A stretch of DNA of 64,000 nt from Leidyana gryllorum EB-2025a (lineage: Eukaryota; Protista; Apicomplexa), in assembly GCA_048772705.1 (NCBI GenBank), contig JBLWGC010000204.1:1-64000 (forward strand). The letters are read 5' to 3'. A model generated the notes under the pieces. The model made no database searches and was not told the DNA's origin. It saw nothing but the letters and a program-made list of their open reading frames with translations. Of this stretch, positions 1-13,599 are shown piece after piece. Every line of letters starts with the position of its first letter. The first letter of the stretch is position 1. Made by a program: the position numbers and the translations under genes.

Positions 1-1256
1 CTGAGTGTATTCACTTCATTCACTGCCTGCGGTTGCGCTGAATTGGTGAGACGCAAAGGAATGCTGTTGGAACCGAAGTTCTCTGTGCAGAGAGATCGGG
101 GGACGGAGTCACTTCTGACTCTGATCTGGCGATCTAAAGGGCACCAACGTCTGTTTGGCTACGATCACTGGAAGATGCGGTACCAAAGATTGATTGGAGT
201 GTATTGAGGGGTAATGGAGAGAGTGTTTGAAGTTTCTCTGCGGCACATTCTCGAGCACAGATAGCTTTAGCATGAATGTGTACCATCCCATCTCGTCTTT
301 GAATCAAACGATCAATAGCCGAGTGCATAAACTCCCGAGTTCCGTCAGAATATGGGCAATGTGTTGTGCCGACCTTATGGTCTGGATGACCCACACGAGG
401 TGATGCAGAGCCCCAACAGCCCGAGTGCCTCGGTAAGCAGCCTTTGATGTTATCGTTGCCGGTCGGCACAGAGCGTACAGAACTCATAAGAGTACGCCTT
501 CCCTACTTGGGGCTGCTAAATGAGCCTGAATCTCCATTATACTGAGGACAGAAGAGTCTTGGGTTCCCCAATGGCGGGCACTGTTTGATATCACCAGCCC
601 AGTTGCCGCAGACTTCCACTCAGCGTAGTGTAGCGTTGCGGAGGCGTGACTTCAGGTGGTACCACATTACACAAGGGGCCGCACACTATTTGACCTTCTC
701 CACTGCTGCATATTTTGGAGTTATAAATGGCCGTGTAGAGAGAAACGTCAGCGGGAACGGTGTTTGGCGGCGAGCAGAGCGTGACTGGAAGGTACTGTTC
801 ATGAAGTTTGGACTGATGGGTCCCCGCTGGCGCGATGCATCTGGTGAAGAGAAACTCCGTGAGCTCCCTAGCCTCTGGTCAATACTGATGACCATCTTAT
901 GGGGTGTGCCTGGTGCTGGATGAGTCTGAATTTCGTCCCCTTAAAAGAGGTGAAACATATTTCCGCGCAGATCAGAGACCGTTGTTCATTGTTGGCCCCG
1001 TCAGAGCCGCGCTTCCCCTGCCATCGTTGCCAGCCCAGATTGATGACGTCCAACGGCAGCTACCTCCCCGGAGCAGCACGTCTGTCTTGTTGCGGGTGCC
1101 GGACACCCCAGTGCTCCCACAAAGCGATTCCTCTCATATCTACGTCGGACGACTGCAACGTAAAGGGAACGACCTGTCTGCGCGCATCACCCACACCTTC
1201 ATACAGCTCGCACACGAGTGTGTGCAGATCACGTCTCCACTCTGCAGTGATCCGGA

Positions 1257-3227
1257 ATGCCAAGCGACCACATTTGGACCCAAATTCTGTCTTTCCTACC
1301 GCTGTGGGAGCTGACAAGAGTGGCAGGAGTGTCTAAACAGGTCCACAATATTCTTCACTCGGAGAGCTCCTTATTAGTATCACAACGACTCAGCCTCTCT
1401 GCGCCACAGTGGGCCTGGGTGCAGCACGCCTCTTGGTTTGAAGCGTGGCTTCAGAGATCGTGTCCGCACCTGGAATCGCTGTACTGGGTTGTACATGAAC
1501 CTGAAGAACCCCTCGTCATTGATCTATTGCAGAAGATGTGCAACTGGGGTGTGCCGAGGCTGACGGAGGCAACCATAGACGGATACATGCAAACTGGTCG
1601 AAGTCATACTCTCAGTTTTCCCCATCTGAAGTATCTGGCGATACCTGCGACAATGATGAAGCACGAGTTGCATATTGATGCTCCGAAACTGGAATGTTTG
1701 GTTGTCAGAACTCACAAGCTGCATCTGATCCGCCACGATTTAGCTGCGGCTCTCCGCCGAGCTCTGGGTAACGGCTCCGAGGGTCTCATCATTTCGGTGA
1801 CGAAACCGCAATTCAACTTTTGGTTTTGTCGAGGTCGAGGCAATCCCCCTACTGTTGTTGACGGCGGGTGGAGGTCTTCTCGCTCTCTGGTGGAGTTTCT
1901 ACCCGCGGCCCGGCAGTGGACAAGCGGCCAAATGGCACTTCATAACCAGTTCGCATTCAGATGGCCGGATGGAGCCAGGTGAGGCCTTTTGATGACCTGC
2001 AGAGATACATAGCGCAGAGGGTCACAAAGTTTCTTGGAGTACCTCACAAGAGAGTGGACCGATCGGGAGTGTTATATGCACCCGATGTGTCGCAAATTTC
2101 TGCGTGGAACGCACTACAGTGAAGCGCTGGGTGCCCAACGGGTTGTCCGAGAGACGCAAGAAGATGGGAATGTGTTTCCACGAGTGTACTCAAACTCATC
2201 ATGGTTTCTATTGGCCCGGACTCAGGATTTGGAGACACATCCTCTCCCGTGGATGATCCTCCCCCTGATTGAGGCCCCTGCGGTATACCCTCCCACATAC
2301 TTTGGATTGGCGAATGATCAAACGGCTTATTTGAGTCCTACGGGCATCCGACACCAATTGGATTGGTCAGAGGTGACAAGAGTCCTCTATGTGAACGATG
2401 AATCCATACCGACTTTGACGAAGGGCACTATCGAATCTCTGCCCTTCGAGCAGCTGCAACGCATCGAGTTACCCCTGCAGGGATGGGCTCTCGTCGCAGC
2501 ACTTTCTGAAAGCGCACCCGCACACCGTTGGCCTCCCGATTGTGTCCGAGTGCTGTGCCTTCACGCTGATCGAAAAGACTCTCCAGTGACAATACGCCAT
2601 GTCATTGAGCGCTGTCAGATCCAATATGTCGCTGTCACCGACATCCCTCTGTGCGACGACTTGATAGCGTGGTTTATAGTGGGGCACTCCATTTGGCGAC
2701 GGAGAGGTGTACGAGTTCGATTCGGTCTCCAATGTGCTGCGCTTGCAGACTATCCGTGGCCTAAAGTCCAATTGGAAATGGTTTCGGGACGGTATACTGA
2801 AGCCACTCTCCGAGCTTTGCTGAAATACATTGGATGCCCAGCTGAACTGATGCCTAAGTATCTGACGGCCCAGTGTCCCAACTGCCCGGAGGAATGGGAA
2901 TGGCTGAAGTACCAAAGTATCTGGGTTGCTTTGAGTCACTCCTTCTACACTGACTGCAACAGTGTTCCGAGGATGTTTGTCAAGCAGTGGTACTCTAAGA
3001 TGTTGGAAGCGACATCACCTGAGGCTCAGACCTCTGTTGGAGGGATGTACCAAGGTGTTATACGGGTCTGTCCGAACGACGAGTGGTTCGCACGGATGCT
3101 GTTGGACCAACGGTTTAGCGAGTTGGAGCGTTTGAATTGTCCCGTGCTTCTGCCCGCTGTTTGTCCCCCGAGTATTCACGGAGAAGTGTTCCCCCAGGAC
3201 GCGAAGGAGGAGTCGGCCGATCCATGA
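1257..3227 (+). CDS. F-box/LRR-like protein, copy 1; exons 1257-1978 and 2018-3227 (643 aa)
   Basis: F-box-like N-terminus PSDHIWTQILSFLPLWELTRVAGVSKQVHNIL; LRR-like PHLESL, PHLKYLAI, IDAPKLECL. The two ORFs share a frame. ORF1's TGA lies in donor AG|GTGAG, and removing 1979-2017 (39 nt, ends CGCAG) removes the intervening stops. ORF2's listed start is TTG, not ATG. Confidence 0.8.
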
Positions 3228-3329
3228 CAAAGGTTTTAGCAAAGAAGAACACGTGGCCTCTTTGTCATCAGTGTGATGTGGACCATTTTTTGGGTGCTGT
3301 TCTTGAAAATGGGTCAGGTCATCGAGGGG

Positions 3330-3950
3330 TGATAAACGTCGCTGTGTGACATCAACCCTAAGATCGATCTTACTTTGTTGCCAATACGTTTGCTTCAAAG
3401 GATTCACATTGATATGGGATTTATAGTTTATGGAAATGTTGGTGCCCGGATCTCACTCGTGGTGATGGGTGTTTGGATGTGCGTCTAATTGAACCGTTCC
3501 ACATCGAGTGAGCCCTCAACGAGAAGCAGCTGTATGCAGCAAGCGCGAAAGCCGCAGATTTGTGGCTAAATATTCGCACCTGCGTTCGAAGGGTGAGTTC
3601 GAGAGGTTTCTGATTGTTGGAAAGTCTCGTAGGGCACTCATATGGATGGCTTTCCTGATCCATCAATGCAGAGAGAACGGTTGCAGAGGAGGATGTGCGG
3701 CTGGATGTGGGATTGGAAAGCTTCCGTGGAAGAGGTGGTGGGATTAGGGGCAGACAGACTGAGCTCGATTCTCGACAAAGCACCCAATCCAGTCTCGAGG
3801 GAGAAGGTGGCGGGGAGGCAATGGTTCAAGGCCTTCTGGCCCAACCGTCCGGGATGAGGTCTCAATCTGTGGTGGTCACTGACCCTTCACCTGCCCTTTG
3901 GGATTGCGGTGACATTGTAACGGGATGTGCGGTGGTGCATGGACAGGTTG
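3330..3950 (+). pseudogene. Decayed paralog of the F-box family C-terminal region (repeated in each unit)
   Basis: Fragments in shifting frames follow the family order (best-preserved copy quoted): LPIRLLQRI~LPFEQLQRI; LPWKRWWNRLRCKQTELDSRAL~YPWPKVQLEMVSGRYTEATLRAL; RQWFKAF~KQWYSKM; RNVQW~PNDEW. Confidence 0.5.
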
Positions 3951-5381
3951 GCGGAAAGGAGTCCGGAAGCGCCGGGAGGTAACAATGGGGCGACGGCCGT
4001 CAAGAATGGGACGAATAACCAAAGGTCGGCGACGGGCCAGAGGCAGAGCCAAGCGATGACTGCAGCAACTGACGGTGGTCCACTATGGTGACGCTGAGCA
4101 GCACTGAGTGTATTCACTTCATTCACTGCCTGCGGTTGCGCTGAATTGGTGAGACGCAAAGGAATGCTGTTGGAACCGAAGTTCTCTGTGGAGAGAGATC
4201 GGGGGACGGAGTCACTTCTGATTCTGATCTGGCGATCTAAAGGGCACCAACATCTGTTTGACTACGATCACTGGAAGATGCGGTACCAAAGATTGATCGG
4301 AGTGTATTGAGGGGTAATAGAGAGAGTTATTGAAATTTTTCTGTGGCACGTTCACGAGCGCAGATAGCTTTAGTTTGAAAGAGTACCATCCCACCTCGTA
4401 TTTAAAGCAAACGATCAACAGTTCAGTGCATAAAGCTCCAAGTTCCGTCGCAATATGGGCTATGTGTTGTGCCGACCTTATGGTCTGGATGACCGACACG
4501 AGGTGATGAAGAGCCCCAACAGCCCGAGTGCCTCCCTAAGCAGCCTTTGATGTTATCGTTGCCGGTCGGCACAAAGCGTACAGAGTTCATAAGAGTACGC
4601 CTTCCCTACTTTGGGCTGCTGGAAGAGCCTGAATCTCCATTATACTGGGGACGGCAGTGTCTTGGGTCCCCCAATGCTGGGCACTGCTCGATATCACCAA
4701 CCCAGCTGCCGCAGACTTCCACTCAGCGTAGTGTAGCGTTGCGGAGGCGTGACTTCAGGTGGTACGACATTACACGAGGGGCCGCACACTATTTGACCTT
4801 CTCCACTGCTGCATATTTTGGAGTTATAAATGGCGGTTTTGAGAGTAATGTCAGCGGGAACGGTGTTTGGCGGCGAGCAGAGCGTGACTGGAAGGTACTG
4901 TTCATGAAGTTTGGACTGATGGGTCCCCGCTGGCGCGATGCATCTGGTGAAGAGAAACTCCGTGAGCTCCCTAGCCTCTGGTCAATACTGATGACCATCC
5001 TATGGGGTGTGCCTGGTGCTGGATGAGTCTGAAGTTCGTCCCCTTAAAAGAGGTGAAACATATTTCCGCGCAGATCAGAGACCGTTGTTCATTGTTGGCC
5101 CCGTCAGAGCCGCGCTTCCTCTGCCATCGTTACCAGCCCAGAATGATGACGTCCTACGGCAGCTACCTCCCCGGAGCAGAACGTCTGTCTTCTTGCGGGT
5201 GCCGGACACCCCATGGACACAAAGATGGGGAGACAGTGCTCCCGGAAAGCGATTCCTCTCATATCTACGTCGGACGACTGCAACGGGAAGGGAACGACCT
5301 GTCTGCGCGCATCACCCACACCTTCAAACAGCTCGCACACGAGTGTGTGCAGATCACGTCTCCACTCTGCGGTGATCCGGA

Positions 5382-7352
5382 ATGCCAAGCGACCACATTT
5401 GGACCCAAATCCTGTCTTTCCTACCGCTGTGGGAGCTGACAAGAGTGGCAGGAGTGTCTAAACAGGTCCACAATATTCTTCACTCGGAGAGCTCCTTATT
5501 AGTATCACAACGACTCAGCCTCTCTGCGCCACAGTGGGCCTGGGTGCAGCACGCCTCTTGGTTTGAAGCGTGGCTTCAGAGATCGTGTCCGCACCTGGAA
5601 TCGCTGTACTGGGTTGTACATGAACCTGAAGAACCCCTCGTCATTGATCTATTGCAGAAGATGTGCAACTGGGGTGTGCCGAGGCTGACGGAGGCAACCA
5701 TAGACGGATACATGCAAACTGGTCGAAGTCATACTCTCAGTTTTCCCCATCTGAAGTATCTGGCGATACCTGCGTCAATAATGAAGCACGAGTTGCATAT
5801 TGATGCTCCGAAGCTTGAATGTTTGGTTGTCAGAACTCACAAGCTGCATCTGATCCGCCACGATTTAGCTGCGGCTCTCCGCCGGGCTCTGGGTGACGGC
5901 TCCGAGGGCCTCATCATTTCGGTGACGAAACCGCAATTCAAGTTCTGGTTTTGTCGAGATCGAGGCAATCCCCCTACTGTTGTTGACGGCGGATGGAGGT
6001 CTTCTCGCTCTTTGGTGGAGTTACTACCCGCGGCCCGGCAGTGGACAAGCGGCCAAATGACAGTTGATAACCAGTTCACATTCAGATGGCCGGATGGAGC
6101 CAGGTGAGGACTTCTGATGACTTGCAGAGATACATAGCGCAGAGGGTCACAAAGTGTCTTGGAGTACCTCACAAGAGAGTGGACCGATCGGGAGTGTTAT
6201 ATGCACCCGATGTGTCGCAAATTTCTGCGCGGAACGCACTACAGGGTACCGCTGGGTGCCCAACGGGTTGTCCGAGAGACGCAAGAAGATGGGAATGTGT
6301 TTCCACGAGTGTACTCAAACTCATCATGGTTTCGATTGGCCCGAACTCAGGATTTGGAGACACATCCTCTCCCGTGGATGGTCCTCCCCCTGATTGAGGC
6401 CCCTGCGGTATACCCTCCCACATACTTTGGATTGGCGAATGATCAAACGGCTTATTTGAGTCCTACGGGCATTCGACACCAAGTGAATTGGTCAGAGGTG
6501 ACAAGAGTCCTCTATGTGAACGATAAATCCATACCGACTTTGACGAAGGGCACTATCGAATCTCTGCCCTTCGAGCGGCTGCAACGCATCGAGTTACCCC
6601 TGCAGGGATGGGCCCTCGTCGCAGCACTCTTTAAAAGCGCACCCGCACACCGTTGGCCTCCCGATTGTGTCCGAGTGCTGTGCCTTCACGCTGATCGAGA
6701 AGAGTCTCCGGGGACAATACGCCATGTCATTGAGCGCCGTCAGATCCAATATGTCGCTGTCACCGGAATTCCTGGGTGCACTGAATTGACAGCGTGGTAT
6801 ATAGTGGGGCACTCCATCTGGCGACGGAGAGGTGTACGAGTTCGCTTCGGTCTCCAATGTGCTGCGCTTGCAGACTATCCGTGGCCTAAAGTCCAATTGG
6901 AAATGGTTTCGGGACGTTATACTGAAGCCACTCTCCGAGCTTTGCTGAAATACATTGGATGCCCAGCTGAAGTGATGCCTAAGTATCTGACGGCCCAGTG
7001 CCCCAAGTGCCCACAGGAATGGGAATGGCTGGGGTGGCTAAGCATCTGGGCTGATGTGAGTCGCTCCTTCTACACTGACTGCGACAGTGTTCCGAGGATC
7101 TTTGTCAAGCAGTGGTACTCTAAGATGTTGGAAGCGACATCACCTGAGGCTCAGACCTCTGTTGGAGGGATGTACAGAGGTATTATGCGGGTCTGTCCGA
7201 ACGACGAGTGGTTCGCTCGGATGCTGTTGAACCAACAGTTTAGCGAGTTGGACCGTTTGAACTGTCCCGTGCTTCTGCCCGCTGTTTGTCCCCCGAGTAT
7301 TCACGGAGAAGTGTTCCCCCAGAACGCGAAGGAGGAGTCGGCCGATCCATGA
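5382..7352 (+). CDS. F-box/LRR-like protein, copy 2; intron 6104-6142
   Basis: Same structure and length as copy 1; splice sites conserved. Confidence 0.8.
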
Positions 7353-9502
7353 CAGTGGTTTTAACAAAGAAGCACACGTGGCCTCTTCACCATCATTGTG
7401 ATGTGGGCGATTTTTGGGTGCTGTTCTTGAAACTGGGTCAGGTCATCGAGGGGTGATAAACGTCGCTGTGTGACATCAACCCTAAGATCGATCTTACTTT
7501 TTGCCAATATCTTTGCCTCAAAGGTTTCACATTGATATGGGATTTATAGTTTATGGAAATGTTGGTGCTCGGATCTCACTCGTGGTGATGGGTGTTTGCA
7601 TGTGCGTCTAATTGAACCGTTCCACATCGAGTGATCCCTCAACGAGAAGCAGCTGTATGCAGCAAGAGTGGAAAGCCGCAGATTTGTGGCTAAATCTTCG
7701 CACCTGCGTTCGAAGGGTGAGTTCGAGAGGTTTCTGATTGTTGGAAAGTCTCGTAGGGCACTCGTATGGATGGCTTTCCTGATCCATCAATGCAGAGAGA
7801 ACGGTTGCAGAGGAGGATGTGCGGCTGGATGTGGGAGTGGAAGGCTTCCGTGGAAGAGGTGGTGGAATAGATTGAGGTGCAAACAGACTGAGCTCGATTC
7901 TCGAGCTTTGGATACCCAAAGCACCCATTTCAGTCTCGAGGGAGAAGGTGGCGGGGAGGCAATGGTTCAAGGCCTTTTGACCCAACCGTCCGGGACGAGG
8001 TCTCAATCTGTGGTGGTCACTGACCCTTCAACTGCCCTTTGGGATCAGGTGACATTGCAACGGAATGTGCAGTGGTGCATGGACAGGTTGGGGGAAATAA
8101 GAGCTGAGAAGGCCCGCAACAGAGGGACGAATGACCAAAGGCATACGGCAGCGCCGGGAGGTGACAATGGGGCGACGGCCGTCAAGAATGGGACGAATAA
8201 CCAAAGGTAGGCGACGGGCCAGAGGCAGAGCCAAGCGATGACTGCAGCAACTGACGGAGGTCCACTATGGTGACGCTGAGGAGGACTGAGTGTATTCACT
8301 TCATTCACTGGCTGCGATTGGGCTGAATCGGTGAGACGCAAAAGAATGCTGGTGGAACCGAAGTTCTCTGTGGAGAGAGATCGGGGGACGGAGTCACTTC
8401 TGATTCTAATCTGGCAGTCTGGAGGGCCACAACATCTGTTTGACTACGATAACTGGAAGATGCGGTACCAAGATTGATTGGAGTGTATGGAGGGGTAATG
8501 GAGAGAGTTATTGAAATTTCTCTGTGGCACAGATAGCTTTAGCATGAATGTGTACCATCCCACCTCGTATTTAAAGCAAACGATCAATAGCTGAGTGCAT
8601 AAAGTCCCGAGTTCCGTCAGAATATGGGCGATGTGTTTGGCGACCTTATGGTCTGGATGACCGACACGAGGTGACGAAGAGCCCCAACAGCCCGAGTGGC
8701 TCGGTAAGCAGCCTTTGATGTTATCGTTGCCGGTCGGCACAGAGCGTACAGAGTTCATAAGAGTACGCCTTCCCTACTTTGGGCTGCTGGACGAGCCTGA
8801 ATCTCCATTATACTGAGGACGGAAGAGTCTTGGGTTCCCCGATGGCGGGCACTGTTTGATATCGCCAGCCCAGTTGCCGCAGACTTCCACTCAGCGTAGT
8901 GTACCTTTGCGGATGCGTGACTCCAGGTGGTACGACATTACACGAGGGGCCGCACACTATTTGACCTTCTCCACTGCTGCATATTTTGGAGTTGTGAATG
9001 GCCGTGTAGAGAGAAACGTCAGCGGGAACGGTGTTTGGCGGCGAGCAGAGCGTGACTGGAAGGTACTGTTCATGAAGTTTGGACTGATGGGTCCCCGCTG
9101 GCGCGATGCATCTGGTGAAGAGAAACTCCGTGAGCTCCCTCTGTGGGGTGTGCCTGGTGCCCCCTTGAGAGAGGTGAAACATATTTCCGCGCAGATCAGA
9201 GACCGTTGTTCATTGCCGGCCCCGTCAGAGCCGCGCTTCCTCTGCCATCGTTGCCAGCCCAGAATGATGACGTCCAACGGCAGCTACCTCCCCGGAGCAG
9301 AACGTCTGTCTTCTTGCGGGTGCCGGACACCCCATGGACACAAAGATGGGGAGACAGTGCTCCCGGAAAGCGATTCCTCTCATATCTACGTCGGACGACT
9401 GCAACGGAAAGGGAACGACCTGTCTGCGCGCATCACCCACACCTTCAAACAGCTCGCACACGAGTGTGTGCAGATCACGTCTCCACTCTGCGGTGATCCG
9501 GA

Positions 9503-11473
9503 ATGCCAAGCGACCACATTTGGACCCAAATCCTGTCTTTCCTACCGGTGTGGGAGCTGACAAGAGTGGCAGGAGTGTCTAAACAGGTCCACAATATTCT
9601 TCACTCGGAGAGCTCCTTATTAGTATCACAACGACTCACCCTCTCCGCGGCACAGTGGGCCTGGGTGCAGCACGCCTCTTGGTTTGAAGCGTGGCTTCAG
9701 AGATCGTGTCCGCACATGGAATCGCTGTACTGGGTTGTACATGAAGGTGGAGAACCCCTCGTCATTGATCTATTGCAGAAGATGTGCAACTGGGGTGTGC
9801 CGAGGCTGACGGAGGCAACCATAGACGGATACATGCAAACTGGTCGAAGTCATACTCTCAGTTTTCCCCATCTGAAGTATCTGGCGATAACTGCGACAAT
9901 GATGGAGCACGAGTTGCATATTGATGCTCCAAAGCTGGAATGTTTGGTTGTCGGAACTTACATGTTGCATCTGATCCGCCACGATCTAGCTGCGGCTCTC
10001 CGCCGAGCTCTGGGTGACGGCTCCAAGGGTCTCGTCACATCGGTGACGAAACCGCAATTCAACTTCTGGTTTTGTCGAGATCGAGGCAATCCCCCTACTG
10101 TTGTTGACGCCGGATGGAGGTCTTCTCGCTCTCTGCTGGAGTTTCTACCCGCGGCCCGGCAGTGGACAAGCGGCCAAATGGCACTTCATAACCAGTTCAC
10201 ATACAGATGGCCGGATGGAGCCAGGTGAGGACTTCTGATGACTTGCAGAGATACATAGCGCAGAGGGTCACAAAGTGTCTTGGAGTACCTCACAAGAGAG
10301 TGGACCGATCGGGAGGGCTATATGCACCCGATGTGTCGCAAATTTCTGCGTGGAACGCACTACAGTGAAGCGCTGGGTGCCCAACGGGTTGTCCGAGAGA
10401 CGCAAGAAGATGGGAATGTGTTTCCACGAGTGTACTCAAACTCATCATGGTTTCGATTGGCCCGAACTCAGGATTTGGAGACACATCCTCTCCCGTGGAT
10501 GGTCCTCCCCCTGATTGAGGCCCCTGCGGTATACCCTCCCACATACTTTGGATTGGCGAATGATCAAACGGCTTATTTGAGTCCTACGGGCATCCGACAC
10601 CAAGTGAATTGGTCAGAGGTGACACGAGTCCTCTATGTGAACGATAAATCCATACCGACTTTGACGAAGGGCACTATCGAATCTCTGCCCTTCGAGCAGC
10701 TGCAACGCATCGAGTTACCCCTGCAGGGATGGGCCCTCGTCGCAGCACTTTCCGAAAGCGCACCCGCACACCGTTGGCCTCCCGATTGTGTCCGAGTGCT
10801 GTGCCTTCACGCTGATCGAAAAGACTCTCCAGTGACAATACGCCATGTCATTGAGCGCTGTCAGATCCAATATGTCGCTGTCACCGACATCCCTCTGTGC
10901 GACGACTTGATAGCGTGGTTTATAGTGGGGCACTCCATTTGGCGACGGAGAGGTGTACGAGTTCGATTCGGTCTCCAATGTGCTGCGCTTGCAGACTATC
11001 CGTGGCCTAAAGTCCAATTGGAAATGGTTTCGGGACGGTATACTGAGGCCACTCTCCACGCTGTGCTGAAATACATTGGATGCCCAGCTGAACTGATGCC
11101 TAAGTATCTGACGGCCCAGTGTCCCAACTGCCCGGAGGAATGGGGATGGCTGAAGTACCAAAGCATCTGGGTTGCTTTGAGTCACTCCTTCTACACTGAC
11201 TGCAACAGTGTTCCGAGGATCTTTGTCAAGCAGTGGTACTCTAAGATGTTGGAAGCGACATCACCTGAGGCTCAGACCTCTGTTGGCGGGATGTATCAAG
11301 GTGTTATACGGGTCTGTCCGAACGACGAGTGGTTCGCTCGGATGCTGTTGAACCAACAGTTTAGCGAGTTGGACCGTTTGAATTGTCCCGTGCTTCTGCC
11401 CGCTGGTTGTCCCCCGAGTATTCACGGAGAAGTGTTCCCCCAGGACGCGAAGGAGGAGTCGGCCGATCCATGA
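9503..11473 (+). CDS. F-box/LRR-like protein, copy 3; intron 10225-10263
   Basis: Same structure and length as copy 1; splice sites conserved. Confidence 0.8.
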
Positions 11474-13599
11474 CAAAGGTTTTAGCAAAGAAGAACACGT
11501 GGCCTCTTCGTCATCAGTGTGATGGAGACCATTTGTTTGGTGCTGTTCTTGAAAATGGGTCAGGTCATCGAGGGGTGATAAACGTCGCTGTGTGACATCA
11601 ACCCTAAGATCGATCTTACTTTGTTGCCAATACGTTTGCCTCAAAGGTTTCACATTGATATGGGATTCATACTGTATGGAAATGTTGTTGCTTGGATCTT
11701 ACTCGTGGTGATGGGTTTTTGCATGTGGGGCTATTTGAGCGGTTCCACATCGAGTGATCCCTCAACGAGAAGCAGCTGTATGCAGCAAGAGTGGAAGGCG
11801 CAGATTTGTGGCTAAATCTTCGCACCTGCGTTCGAAGGGTGAGTTCGAGAGGTTTCTGATTGTTGGAAAGTCTCGTAGGGCACTCGTATGGATGGCTTTC
11901 CTGATCCATCAATGCAGAGAGAACGGTTGCAGAGGAGGATGTGCGGCTGGATGTGGGAGTGGAAGGCTTCCGTGGAAGAGGTGGTGGAATAGATTGAGGT
12001 GCAAACAGACTGAGCTCGATTCTCGAGCTGTGGATACCCAAAGCACCCAATTCAGTCTCGAGGGAGAAGGTGGCGGGGAGGCAATGGTTCAAAGCCTTCT
12101 GGCCCAACCGTCCGGGATGAGGTCTCAATCTGTGGTGGACACTGACCCTTCAACTGCCCCTTGGGATCAGGTGACATTGCAACGGAATGTGGAGTGGTGC
12201 ATGATGCAGCTGGGAGGGGGTCCGGAAGCGCTGGGAGGTGACAATGGGACGAATGACCAAAGGTAGGCGACGGGCCAGAGGCAGAGCCAAGCGATGGCTG
12301 CAGCAACTGACGGAGGTCCACTATGGTGACGCTGAGCAGCACTGAGTGTATTCACTTCATTTACTGCCTGCGGTTGCGCTGAATTGGTGAGACGCAAAGG
12401 AATGCTGTTGGAACCGAAGTTCTCTGTGGAGAGAGATCGGGGGACGGAGTCACTTCTGATTCTGATCTGGCGATCTAAAGGGCACCAACATCTGTTTGAC
12501 TACGATCACTGGAAGATGCGGTACCAAAGATTGATCGGAGTGTATTGAGGGGTAATAGAGAGAGTTATTGAAATTTCTCTGTGGCACGTTCTCGAGCACA
12601 GATAGCTTTAGCATGAATGTGTACCATCCCACCTCGTATTTAGAGCAAACGATCAATAGCCGAGTGCATAAAGTCCCGAGTTCCGTCAGAATATGGGCGA
12701 TGTGTTGTGCCTACCGTATGGTCTGGATGACCCACACGAGGTGATGCAGAGCCCCAACAGCCCGAGTGCCTCGGTAAGCAGCCTTTGATGTTATCGTTGC
12801 CGGTCGGCACAAAGCGTACAGAGTTCATAAGAGTACGCCTTCCCTACTTTGGGCTGCTGGAAGAGCCTGAATCTCCATTATACTGGGGACGGCAGTGTCT
12901 TGGGTCCCCCAATGCTAGACACTGCTCGATATCACCAACCCAGCTGCCGCAGACTTCCACTCAGCGTAGTGTATCTTTGCGGATGCGTGACTTCAGAAGG
13001 TGGTACGACATTACACGAGGGGCCGCACACTATTTGACCTTCTCCACTGCTGCATATTTTGGAGTTGTAAATGGCGGTTTTGAGAGTGATGTCAGCGGGA
13101 ACGGTGTTTGGCGGCGAGCAGAGCGTGACTGGAAGGTACTGTTCATGAAGTCTGGACTGATGGATCCCCGCTGGCGCGATGCATCTCGTGAACAAGAACT
13201 CCGTGGGCTCCCTAGCCTCTGATCAATACTGATGACCATCCTATGGGGTGTGCCTGGTGCTGGATGAGTCTGAACTTCGCCCCCTTAAGAGAGGTGAAAC
13301 ATATTTCCGCGCAGATCAGAGACCGTTGTCCATTGCCGACCCCGTCAGAGCCGCGCTTCCTCTGCCATCGTTGCCAGCCCAGTAAGATGTCGTCCAACGG
13401 CAGCTACCTCCCCGGAGCAGAACGTCTGTCTTCTTGCGGGTGCCGGACACCCCGTGCTCCCGCAAAGCGATTCCTCTCATATCTATGTCGGACGACTGCA
13501 ACGGAAAGGGAACGACCTGTCTGCGCGCATCACCCACACCTTCATACAGCTCGCACACGAGTGTGTGCAGATCACGTCTCCACTCTGCGGTGATCCGGA

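Noticed and set aside
1979-2002. Shorter 24-nt intron ending at CTGCAG/TTGCAG
   Set aside because: It leaves an in-frame TAG at 2010-2012; only the acceptor at 2017 gives an open frame.
3224-3349. ATGA start/stop overlap suggesting bacterial-style translational coupling
   Set aside because: The downstream ORF is only 41 aa and is broken in copy 2 by an early stop; the context is eukaryotic.
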